From positions 1,480-65,479 of the forward strand of contig CALWEQ010000008.1 in assembly GCA_944377365.1 (NCBI GenBank): DNA of 64,000 nt, read 5' to 3'. Shown one piece after another: positions 52,301-56,928 of the stretch. This DNA is from an uncultured Clostridia bacterium. GTDB taxonomy: Bacteria; Bacillota; Clostridia; Christensenellales; UBA1242. The notes under the pieces are model-generated. The model was given only the letters and a program-made list of their open reading frames with translations. It was not told the DNA's origin and made no database searches. How positions within the stretch are numbered: the stretch's first letter is position 1; the number at the start of each line of letters is the position of its first letter. The translations under genes and the position numbers were made by a program.

Positions 52301-53117
52301 TGATTGCATTATTAAGTCAGGCGATGGCGGAAGTGGTTCGCGTGGGCTCGATGGCAAAGGAGGGACTGACGGTTGGGCAGGAGCTAGTATTGGTAGAGAT
52401 GGTACATCACGAGAAAATATCAGACACTTGAATTTAGGTTATGCAGATTCTTACGAATATTTGGGTGACGTAAATAATGACCCAGGCTATCATAATCCTA
52501 CCAAGGGGACTAATGGGAACCCAGGAGGAGGTAAAGGTGCACATGGAGGTGTGTTTGCGTATGAGAACAGCAGTAATAATTTACAAGACGAACTAGCTAC
52601 TTTTGTCGAAAACAATGAGTCTAATATTGGCAAAAATGGCAATAATGGTTGGATAGGGGTTAATATGTTGCAGTATGCTGATTTTAGGCATTGGGACTAT
52701 AAACCACCTATTATGTATGATTTAAATACCATGACAAACGTAATAAATAATTCAGGCGAAGAGGAAACAGTGTGGTTAAACATTAAATTCGATGGAGATC
52801 TTAAAGGAGATTCTATTAATTTTGATATAGACGACAATGTATGGGTTGGTATAACGTTTAATATAGCTGGGGATACTTATGGTTTAAATAGTACTATATT
52901 TGTAGACCACAATTTATCAACAAATATGCTTGGAGGAAAGATTAATGTTGAACGGGTAGATAACAGAGGTTACATTTTAGGTAATAAAATTTTAGTATTA
53001 GCATATCGTTATTCAAAGCACACTGAGAGCATTTTTGGTGACTGGATAAGGGCTAAAGACTGTGAAAAAAGATTTATTGTTGTTGACGAACCGGTTAGTG
53101 CAGAATTTTATGACTAA
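34389..53117 (+). CDS. Giant 6242-aa surface lipoprotein with GLUG/beta-helix and Ig-like repeats
   Basis: Uninterrupted 18.7-kb ORF; AGGAGG RBS; lipobox FSAC (Cys23); many GG(L/I/F)(V/I)G.N repeats; recurring I..AED....Y.L..DI.L...DGNG..I caps; Gly-rich segment near the C-terminus. Confidence 0.85.
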   Translation: MKKVLLALLSVFFLVGGVVFSACNEQKPQAVINVVSSDFVSEDYIEIDLTSDKPYAQLTATVENVSYGQVDANTSSDSILTTSTQFNSNANSTQITIYGESEGRGIVELKSAEGSASKIINVFVYSNILGVEQKDSSVDKNQYVIRGEANSLDPSRYLNFTSRPNGESNRKDVTWEFDEEQSQLDLDLNDDVLTVDGGYIGDSVKLVARSVYTDYFANVTLSVVDRFDAPTLTFSREGSAGYESYETPFNLIKNDEAQEEAKLYVKLDFNGLDQSELVTSWQVYSNGVNVADVLDITRQGSDTNGNPYYLIRAKSADLSVQTLSVNCVVSYKDINYSQTSSSFELNLVDVVDRISVTSNGENVLQASEWDIYNNYSSDMSYGRPFQVVLGPNTVEGAKFKITSSENLGNLFSIYYQEAGAELRQITFIETNGEFESENIPNNAIVYFKAKSESGETATVEFVSTQSENVNVSFNLTTKEAPNSDFNITSETDFYLSTLEEERSVFSELKLSDTTKISQIFDGLYYEIENLNGEAKISVSLQLSGDTATITVTNNEKNITDNYKIRICHKSGFKSNNTINVSAFTPLTNASIGLYGANSNSVVEIGNGYQNDGALTQDYTLTKLVMRSSNSVSLNLSLNQGATLQGDRQTFAFYRFADGVENLNVSTYADLQSEIANGNLVGCTDVTFDFITNRLTVEDDVKGYAVFVFSGYDEDHGNHNLQRLFYLEGYTGPTSLRANPSSVSLVARDSISLNDFSLSTQSIEVRYRLDNIGITYFDISKFDFSSSIDVNAQITGDDANFNYKIENITTTATELKFDIVALTTFDKSTFSDTLIIEYSDFGSLKYYAEIDINITSATRVQNLVWENQTENGEIHLELYSANQSDKQFTIITSVAPLDAYNRDLTYIFVPGDSTPSNLVNINNLGIVTFESSLNRGGTGTIYVLPTDAIRLIGGSEYIVYYQDGQTSSTEILLSELQNNYESVTNGYFLVGDGERIYYRDVILSIPIVVADGRSEATATRIYTAEQFKAIDVNLHYVLMNSITLDEYDNAGKAFAGSLKGYDENVAIYVSGDPLFDKIVEGGKVSQLTVYGDVTGGGFIANENDGEVSNVVITTQNSGETISMSKVTSGYELEGSLFGGAIVGVNNNTIKDVKIEGVKIELTSTDSYAGTFVGKNTGTIENVYGEFYVFDDGINTITANYVGGFVGYAESGSITHSYVYNYTASWDTDGNLTFEEEGCLIGDAGAFVGYSTNNTIITNSFSMVIDSDTVYVDGSISSSSTNYYYGNYSAPTSSFDREYWLEDGDEGFKSYVRNGQPHLKFYQDEVLVNLSGVAVKKTSKSLPVENDASEGKGILFFHRLTNTANLSDASNTALTRLNTISFEELFGEENIVVVSSNNQIVEVVGKNIIIKNIGDVTLTVSNKHNYAQSKPFEFKVMYVLEDFSALHNGIETSGFDLQEGKSDYVEFRLKENVYLANEAQPREIYLPNFTLKGSFLPASKLVSYEINGMVGQVTFSNGIKEALNNLGSQSVTLSTSISVGGLSEEYSNALRDEFTNTLNVVPFLGADEILTYVDSVRIEPAVKSSITVDLLTDSDEDALILQIVRKEDNQMLTFDIEGADTNSLIIDESSKEAKAKFVENILIVDVSRKDFENSKYNFVITLSINEDYRSKIEKDEEYTLILTSESGTAKNEGKTIDITLSSQQINFVDITNYRASNVNNISGQIVYTRTDEQVSVISPGRASFMSIVVDPAYSYYHHMTLTYEAIDAVSQQASNAVLTLTNLKKYNGSNSQYVVNSGSATNVVGGLQIARNDDGIYDFRLYASQNISSDVIFILKATFYDANNDQIGDSTTYRLYVTYLPEAEIMVDGEVSTVLAKGGTAELSIRLKQDQDIDYLTAVGATGITISPRSSWEETQNPDGTKTLTATLYASLNAGVVDGAKTVNGTFEIQASVVRQLNGVEERKNSNAYVTIVDIEPTSAKLNGAVYDDASNTYVFTSWVGITHGLKFDYDFDPEKYSYDESNETESNLVNELNTARANFEKNGYYFEDDSVFSINYRDSQAVPIYQRLEMNGTRLTFTKDNNENYTYSNGRFRLTYSEDEGLSVTGIGTTSSPIYLTLIDEIRIASEGDALYQIETNFAINVTIYSDLDRPLIIQTAEDFLQVAQEEVAQDYILLNDITLENYTPISSANFESLDGNGYSINIKSFNLQGAGSLQLGLFTTVTENSIIKNVRVNYYQTSIAVDVTSSGYSNINIGGLAVVNNGTITNCQVVSYNPNGEDATNLGLQVNYFRASTPYYIDANSNIESRVAGFVVENSGSITNSKVGGSDIILIGEQVGTTNYFDYSVRELSLFELSGQGNVAGFVVSNSGEIASSGASNIQIDNLSSSDLSQTAGFVVTNSGKIRASAIQGITGDEDLKDGYARYHRTGSSISSKGIVAGFVVENSQNGEISDGYSNILISNSQNENSLVGAGFVYINAGYIETSYTASMVEPNNAHQLNFSGFDNVGNSLNTGTIELSYYYTVKQEFDSSSDVQATLNEASIINKEEVGNQNAYYGFVFNTEEGVDDGVWKMVDGYGIEPISLTQRTISHRYYVASEIEEEYFLPYSMLMNQSDSLAQVYDTSYGEEINPILINSAQDLKEAMGDSTSTSLSSQFTETEILGAYRFTTDIDLSELNNALGNAEIKSVNKTFKGIIDGNGFTIENISLSSDENSVGLFGSADGALIQNLNIEIDSVAAGSSVLVGGLIGLAKDTKIININMTQNETTEQTQQRGIFGRNVTGGIVGAAIGNGALVGLTVSGATVQSNYYNEETKTAAGSLYTHQNADNEWVFDPAKIRGYANQNDGRIYSTIPSDSGFGLASFAGAVAGYVDIYDSALINQENYTYSTALTNDDYKVTHLRVIDSLEVRGEVVGGAIGYTGIQTKVQDAGVYVSRGENITAKILSYNFIAGGLVGIANGDFYQVFTQHDEELQDEIENSMASYYLNGNANAERGILDVFENTSTATDAYQPLYVGGLFGVFGNGSVYVGYSKLNAINPNASYEGYAGGLAGGAFSTSGTDFVVEDVASSSMISTTMILREVYASGDVYANGPNSNGTASNFGGLFGRFIPYNNGDSQVKLTMAAVNAFNEYGILSDCYKSTSTNKISTINSVVGEGNNVKPVVSQVISTTENSDNRKSYGYMGNYSSGTTSVEVKSGIYKDDSTENADFVFEVQSLSTFANPESGYMITNGAFINSNAWDVENWIHTTDKLFPSINLTSSPTYIYLDQDNVAEVLNKMQNSSIEVRVRGRGVDANGDVYYAYVDLRPYASEAVAQNSFVTNFFGRLIGATDSAWFSESNGATRPYEANGLTSNTALNNSYPGIIIDRAMFETVGTGVVFQNLNVVFEGPEENSKIKNSFIENSIKDVDFTNVRFWYLNEVEINGTDKTDKTDKIGLIAPSAENCNFIGITMCFSATSTSVEDAIVTFKPSSLNISAGLLVGELIQSSTFETLRLQNITIKHNDLLNKYLLKITERTQSSQTTETSETKDVYAGLYVGNIKNGDMDEGVSPSGVSISAKLPQNITSTLEPGDGTDTVFNSGISVVGATTDTYDSVYVGGLFGSINTVSTTFTLQKQTSYSQSVKVNVNVNSSNSLIGGVVGSFNGEFNVVAGGENTQIGSDIVLDGKHDELSAGMIFGDVATGSRINISTNRQLKIEGYISVNNNDTATITKANLGSVVGVNNGTLNISNVDISFKTFKGNTPGEISEKDFEASAVKDNLFTATTINAGALVGLNNSGTITIEGKDDSTDPNTASFKVNTAQENILLDATTINAGGLIGNTTGSGVVSISNYINNQAVIVAVGKADSGATNDSGATVATSNADSGATSVGGMIGFGQVQTSQDKPLIDIKNSASDVNIFVSEKTLYAGGLIGQITTTETNQTTTTRDVLNDVSISQNVFSGAIKVYGETSNEGTHKIGGLIGSIEKDGDKANIKTTISSNKTYGDVIYTTEATRTTEEATFNCLNEYYFGGVVGYVNANSTTVSENIVAFTNNNQLRGDSHFADAMVGTDASKSVKYENNNYYSSQLVLATSDNATDLNYKTEGVSGYSPNDATTTIIGKLTASTGTPSVKEGDWGTKLNPITDGTAKTSSSNGITYYTTQYPETQSDPYAFIGDWVEKANTLTTLNEHSFISGVSTNLNFEDTVEDKNVNTNDTNRGGIVDTMNGGIVYACISAGTLSVGGNVTANVGGIVGSMVSGYINESSSSLNVTYRAGNGGTASAVAVVLAGNAKKIFINNTYTSGNVTSYIDANLYSFVNGTDSTNISNSYTISRVSWNDYTSDNIVNSDGVSIGITDNAVTTNFGYDPDAMGDAYEEGTERIKDPDNSTHTTSSFGENSNWIYPAYYNTDGNSTGTITISGWSKDASVNYGYPVRNFGAFKAFTTSATEEDVITADIPNVTKLVQANGKDKNYRLIDDIDFAKTTYNTTDDDGAISASDSPWSSLNFSSVQNFDGGEHTISNLRGATLFSTVKNISNLRVMDAELEDQRAVVALNVTGSASNVIASGTLSYSGTLTADKYIGGVFAYASGSINGCKNYVKMDVTCDGIDIGGVVGKSVGISITNCFNYAPINAVNKNANGGGGYVAGIVGSWSATGGTVSNCGNENTVFNGYTITDSGMTTDQEKANFWANKSGDYSAAGIVGRTDKTDGSITNCYSTSMIKAGNKKINKTSGSSKAAGIVASTTGSVSNCTNTGFIEALGSTEALKNPESTKFKIADDSITSWTYAGTPLAYTIVNQTGQEGQQGFQYEINADNIKNVYVSQIGILDSNAEVTSEDSSATGSIYKNGLFGTVTGSVSETSNSGGTLQAPYVPTYEPGVNDGNTEISLHNGDIKIYFAENSSKPTPVIAETDELGAMTKFYIKSTRTIKYVDSLSYTQTRYWSVVDINGLHTKGASYSANQNYYAQQATIGNGVYNGTGYTEPEPSTTTTSSSDNAKDVEISGDTYAFVEGINGFITSVNNQTKTKIVEITGKIGDKDISDLVEKGYKFNVDVEYGSNISNAWADVSVVNDERLSISIGYIPEEDATEQKGEIYYTITASKDDETIEQYLDASTLFFEKGETTAQDTVKIYYNDSNNELVDGGLYNINGIEFSYTEGTGGEFSYFSYFGSDAEAVYENLKNKETVSIIINEGEMIDATQNIVLNTSSQVDSISTENEKTYFSNTDRPWLQSYAVAGSQSNSSAGTFGSLNTSFQIKGKLSSFDVSYKYDNTDGFRADWEILNVVDQLENTSEFNFGSFSWNKCYVTAKMTYNEDSKITTILLECIWTGGSMLGVPELNDLISEVKYTLHFDNEGDETTNFVEDDFATYSYKTNASGEKQLQVAVKDEAVTEPTLVIASGKAKLITPDSQNKTLTFDGEVASISKMGISQAEWEESIDCSDANSDGFVDEISFTIKPNYAVIYTVNGVTKTLSNYATDRILTFDIGDNLNSISITKTVGYYRTTESVSYEDEGIVKVDGKPATATVYTLHPVLYKVTYDEEGNIDNFTNVEINAENTFVLNGITYTATLDSENLIITSVSQGGQDYTTIFPESLINLNGKLYYYSLTQTEGRRQMSLLEAYLGEGGIINVDGTDFIYEIYGEPDNYQTYLYDSSLNPISEDEGTGSFIINSSTFVLDECLKESVTVEPSVEDGKLTVTAPENSTFDSFSVIELNYQAKAPSVNIVLPIENNTYTLETDNYVNEITYTINDETAVTSSPTNITFGPYLQGSQIEITKKYNEYSNNEATENVGLTSSSTSYYSGIVLTKDITIGTLSEDLALNYNLVGNGKVINFIRRSNAKNSLFNSITANIFIKDVSIAGSLIYPEENTGIIAKTISSSLINTNVYGTIDLNASRTCGGVAYEINSNPTKLKSYVSISHDTSNVTSRGSDNNVTGNMAGVAWTMSGGTNIEYYGTIIGTNGSHGTTYNNDGNKNGGKGQDVYALAHTISSTPKNFKFDCIIKSGDGGSGSRGLDGKGGTDGWAGASIGRDGTSRENIRHLNLGYADSYEYLGDVNNDPGYHNPTKGTNGNPGGGKGAHGGVFAYENSSNNLQDELATFVENNESNIGKNGNNGWIGVNMLQYADFRHWDYKPPIMYDLNTMTNVINNSGEEETVWLNIKFDGDLKGDSINFDIDDNVWVGITFNIAGDTYGLNSTIFVDHNLSTNMLGGKINVERVDNRGYILGNKILVLAYRYSKHTESIFGDWIRAKDCEKRFIVVDEPVSAEFYD

Positions 53118-53141
53118 ATTATTATAATTACTCGCAAATTT

Positions 53142-53183
53142 AACTAAAAACATCGATTTGTTAGTCGATGTTTTTAGTTTTTT
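53142..53183 (+). terminator. Terminator after the giant gene
   Basis: aactaaaaacatcga...tcgatgtttttagtt followed by a T run. Confidence 0.85.
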
Positions 53184-53223
53184 ATGGGTCATATTTTAAA
53201 AATTAATAATTTTTGGTGGTTTT

Positions 53224-53334
53224 GTTTAAATGTCATTGTTAAAATGTAATAGTTAAAATATAGCTGTTAAATTATAATAGTTAAAAATAATAGTTAAAAT
53301 ATTATGGTTAAAATGTAATGGTTAAAATATATTT
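53224..53334. repeat. Tandem array of 8 degenerate ~14-bp units (consensus GTTAAAATRTAATR)
   Basis: Units start at 53224, 53238, 53252, 53266, 53280, 53293, 53307 and 53321. Confidence 0.85.
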
Positions 53335-53511
53335 ATTAAGGTATTTACATTTTTAGTAAAAAAGTATAAAAACTGTTTGTCTACATGAAGATTTAAATGT
53401 TGTCCTTATAAATCATTTAATTTTATGTTTTTTATTTTTTAAAAAACGGAAATTTATTTTGATTTTAATTCTCATTGTGTTAAAATGTTCTTGTCTGTAA
53501 GGGGGTACGTT

Positions 53512-54189
53512 ATGGCTAATCATACGTTTGCTAGTACTAAAGGTGAGTTGCTTAATAAATTGTATGATGACGAAACGCTTACAAGTGAAGAATTGACCGA
53601 ACTGGCCTTATCTTACGTGCTTCCAAGGACTGACAACAAAACCCTCGCAAGAGAATTGCTCGAAAAATTTGGTTCTTTTTCAAATATAATTATGTCAGAT
53701 TGGCTAATTTTAAAAGAAAATATGACAGAACGTTCGGCAAAAGCACTTTCATTGTTGTTTAATGTGTTCGAGCACTATGTTGAGTCGGGAATTGACAAGC
53801 GTTATAAATTAAATAATTCTGAAAATGTTTCTGATTTCTTTGAAGAGCTTTTAAGATTTAAGCAAATTGAAGAAACGTTTATTGTTGGCGTTGATGCAAA
53901 GGGAAACATCAAGAGTAAAAGCAAACTTTCGCGTGGGGGAATTCGTAGTGTGGGTGTAAGCACTCATGACGTTGCAAGATTTGTTGCTGTGACCAAACCA
54001 GCGAAGTGCTTTATGTGTCATAATCATCCAAATGGCAGTGCATTGCCCTCAAATGCAGACATAAAAGGCAATGAATTGATGATGTCACTTTGTAAAAAAC
54101 TTAAAGTGGATTTTTTAGATCATATAATTGTTGGAATTGATGGAGTGTTTAGTTTGCTTAAAAATCAATTTTTACGTAAATTTAATTAG
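53512..54189 (+). CDS. radC: RadC/UPF0758 JAB-domain protein, copy 1
   Basis: LARELLEKFGS, HNHPNG...PSNAD, LDHIIVG. Confidence 0.85.
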   Translation: MANHTFASTKGELLNKLYDDETLTSEELTELALSYVLPRTDNKTLARELLEKFGSFSNIIMSDWLILKENMTERSAKALSLLFNVFEHYVESGIDKRYKLNNSENVSDFFEELLRFKQIEETFIVGVDAKGNIKSKSKLSRGGIRSVGVSTHDVARFVAVTKPAKCFMCHNHPNGSALPSNADIKGNELMMSLCKKLKVDFLDHIIVGIDGVFSLLKNQFLRKFN

Positions 54190-54238
54190 AACGAAAAATG
54201 GAATGAAAACTTCCATTTTCTTTATTTAAACAGGAGAA

Positions 54239-54934
54239 ATGATGGACGTTTCACAAAAAAACGTGCACGGCGGGCATAGAAAACGATTGATGGATACAGT
54301 TTTAAGGGTTGGATTAAACAACGTCAGCGATATTCAAGCCTTGGAGTTTGTTTTAACTTATATTTTTCCACGAGGAGATGTCAACGAACTTGCGCACAGC
54401 CTTTTAAATAAATTTGGTAGCTTTGCAAATGTGATTGACGCGGAATGGCAAGATATAGAAAAAGTGAAAGGAATGGGTGAGCGTTCTGCGAAAATGTTGC
54501 ATGGCTTGTCTAAATTGTTTAATTGCTTTTCAGAGGATGTGCTTGATGATAAATACACGTTTGATTATAGGGCAGATGTTAGTGATTATTTTGAAGAGCT
54601 TTTGCGTTATCAGACAGCTGAAAAGCTTTATGTAATCGGAATCGATCCAGCTAGGCGCGTTAAAATGAAATATCATTTCATAGGCACTCTTGATGGAAAT
54701 GATTTTGATGAAAGAGAGATAGCTAAACTAATCACGACTTTCAAACCTGCATATTTGTTCTTAGCGCACAATCATCCCACAGGCAACTGTCAGCCCAACA
54801 AAGATGATGAAATTGTTTACACAAAGGTTAGCGAACTTTGCATGGATCTTGGCTTAGCATTAATTGATTATATAATTGTTGGTTTTGACGGCATTTTTGG
54901 CATAAAAGACAAAATGTATTACACAAAATTTTAA
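54239..54934 (+). CDS. radC: RadC/UPF0758 JAB-domain protein, copy 2
   Basis: GHRKRL, LLNKFGS, HhH VKGMGERSA, HNHPTG...PNKDD, IDYIIVG. Confidence 0.85.
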   Translation: MMDVSQKNVHGGHRKRLMDTVLRVGLNNVSDIQALEFVLTYIFPRGDVNELAHSLLNKFGSFANVIDAEWQDIEKVKGMGERSAKMLHGLSKLFNCFSEDVLDDKYTFDYRADVSDYFEELLRYQTAEKLYVIGIDPARRVKMKYHFIGTLDGNDFDEREIAKLITTFKPAYLFLAHNHPTGNCQPNKDDEIVYTKVSELCMDLGLALIDYIIVGFDGIFGIKDKMYYTKF

Positions 54935-55293
54935 AATTTAATAAAATTTGATATAATTGCTCCTAAAAATCCTCCAAGTAGTGCCGACAAAAAGATTAGA
55001 ATCATTAAAAGCAAAGGTTTTCTTTGCTCTTTTTTTTGTTCATTTTCTTTTTCAGTAAGCTGATTTCCGAGCGGAAGCATGCAAAGGCAATAAACCCTTT
55101 CATCATCATATTTGACATGAATACATTCACTTCTTTCAAGAAAGGTTATAATGTGATCGAGCCCGTCTTCATCCATACGAAACTTTGAGGGCAATGCTGA
55201 AATTATGTCAGCCTTATCAACAATCTTATAGCCAGATGTTTTACATTCTTTTTGTAATATTTTTAATACTAGTTTTGATTTTAAATCTAACAT
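54931..55293 (-). CDS. Small winged-helix-like protein with a C-terminal TM helix
   Basis: Amphipathic helices and a beta-hairpin (CIHVKY...YCL.MLPLG), then a hydrophobic tail; similar to 56568-56927. Confidence 0.6.
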   Translation of the reverse strand: MLDLKSKLVLKILQKECKTSGYKIVDKADIISALPSKFRMDEDGLDHIITFLERSECIHVKYDDERVYCLCMLPLGNQLTEKENEQKKEQRKPLLLMILIFLSALLGGFLGAIISNFIKF

Positions 55294-55335
55294 ATGCTTA
55301 TTATTTGTTTTTATAATAAAAAAATGTGTTATATT

Positions 55336-55342
55336 TTCGACA
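55336..55342. promoter_or_regulatory. Candidate Spo0A box
   Basis: TTCGACA is the exact reverse complement of TGTCGAA; lies in a divergent intergenic region. Confidence 0.35.
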
Positions 55343-55428
55343 TTTTTCGAAAATTATAAATTCTAATCTTGACAACACGATTTTAAAATTGTATTATTAA
55401 GTATAATAATTTATTTAAAGGAGTCAGC

Positions 55429-56448
55429 ATGGCTAAAAATAGGAACAGCGAAGAGGATTTTTTAGATAACGCATTAAGTTATATTAAAACATTTGAAACT
55501 ATCATTGATCCTGAAATAGATCCTAGTAATAAAGATAAACAATATTTTGATGATTTAAAAAGAGCAGAGCTATTAGAAGTGGAGATAGCAGAACAAGAAA
55601 ATATATATAAAGAAAGCAAACGCGAGTTTGATTTACGAAAATTAAATTTGATTAAAGATGAACGAAAAGAAGTTGTCAATCGCATACTTCGAGTTTATAA
55701 AATAGACAAAAAACTAAAGGAATTAAAAAATCCAGTTTTAGTTCAGTCATTAAAAAAGGCAGTCAAATTTTATTTTCCGTATGTATCATTCAACAGGATA
55801 AACATAGACGCGATAGACCCTAAAACATCTGTTGGAGCATGGGTGTTAGAGAAGGTAAACGGTGTGAATATTGTAGAAAAAATCAACGAAGATGATACTG
55901 ACATAGAAAGAGCGCTGTTTAAACTAATCCAACCCGTTTTTGATTTGATAACCTATGAAAAAAATATTAAAGAAAAAAGAAGCACAATTACTACTGATGA
56001 AATAAAAATTGTTATGGATGTTTTTAATCAGTTTGTAAAAAAAGCAAACCAATATGATGTAGACTTTTCAAAATATGACAGAGGAAAGTGCAAACCAGAA
56101 GATTTTTATGACAGTCTTTTAAGCGAAAATGACGATGCTGTTGAGTTGTTTTCTGCATTGACAAATGTTGATGTTGAAGTTGCAAAAAAATATATAAATC
56201 AAAACAACTATAAGTTGCAATTTGTAGAGAAATTGCTCTCAAATGTAAAAAAAATTGAAGAGGAGTTAGACAGCATCCCAGACGGAATGGGATATTATGA
56301 TTCGAGAATAGAAGAAAAATCTGCCGAGTATAGCAAAGCTTATCAACACTATTTGCAAGAAGAACAGAATAGAAAAGATGAAATGCTTACTATCGAAGAT
56401 TTAAGAGAAAAGTGTGCAGTTAAAAAAGACGAAGATTGGAGTCGCTAA
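55429..56448 (+). CDS. Orphan acidic, alpha-helical/coiled-coil protein
   Basis: 339-aa ORF rich in E/D/K; TTGACA-17-TATTAT promoter, AAGGAG RBS, own terminator (56440-56465). Confidence 0.7.
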   Translation: MAKNRNSEEDFLDNALSYIKTFETIIDPEIDPSNKDKQYFDDLKRAELLEVEIAEQENIYKESKREFDLRKLNLIKDERKEVVNRILRVYKIDKKLKELKNPVLVQSLKKAVKFYFPYVSFNRINIDAIDPKTSVGAWVLEKVNGVNIVEKINEDDTDIERALFKLIQPVFDLITYEKNIKEKRSTITTDEIKIVMDVFNQFVKKANQYDVDFSKYDRGKCKPEDFYDSLLSENDDAVELFSALTNVDVEVAKKYINQNNYKLQFVEKLLSNVKKIEEELDSIPDGMGYYDSRIEEKSAEYSKAYQHYLQEEQNRKDEMLTIEDLREKCAVKKDEDWSR

Positions 56449-56567
56449 AAGTTGGCGACTTTTTTAATGAAATTAATTGTTTTAACAGGAAGAATTGACA
56501 TATTTTGTGTAAATGTTTTAAACAAAGGCAATAACAAATTCGACCTAGTTTTTTTTCGAGGTGTTTT

Positions 56568-56927
56568 TTGTCACGGAAAGCCAAACTTGTTATGTCATAT
56601 TTATGCAAGGTGTGTCCCAAGAAACGAACATGCCTAGTTTCGCCAAGCGAAATTGCAGGGGCATTGTCTAAAAAGTTTGTGTTGTCGGTTTCAGAGATTG
56701 ATGAGATTATGAGTGAACTTTCAAATGAAAATTATATTGATTTTGTTGTTTCTGAAAGTAAAATGGGGTATTATTATTGTGTAACATTAAAAAAGAAAGG
56801 GCAAACTTACGAAGTTGACAGCCGAAGACAAAAAAAGACTTTTGGTTTGCTCGTGCTGAGAAGTTTGTTTTTGGCAACAGTGAGTTTTATTTTTGGTTTA
56901 GTGTTAAAAATGATTTTCAAGGGTTAA
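56568..56927 (+). CDS. Small winged-helix-like protein with a C-terminal TM helix
   Basis: TTG start after GAGGTG; YIDF...[10 protein letters not shown] then a hydrophobic tail; stop 1 nt before uvrB. Confidence 0.6.
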   Translation: MSRKAKLVMSYLCKVCPKKRTCLVSPSEIAGALSKKFVLSVSEIDEIMSELSNENYIDFVVSESKMGYYYCVTLKKKGQTYEVDSRRQKKTFGLLVLRSLFLATVSFIFGLVLKMIFKG

Positions 56928-56928
56928 G

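Noticed and set aside
34389-53117. DGR target, intein or polymorphic toxin with immunity gene
   Set aside because: No reverse transcriptase, template/variable repeat pair, Hint motif or downstream immunity-like ORF was seen; a terminator follows directly.
53224-53334. CRISPR array
   Set aside because: Units are 14 bp, contiguous and degenerate with no spacers; no cas genes in the window.
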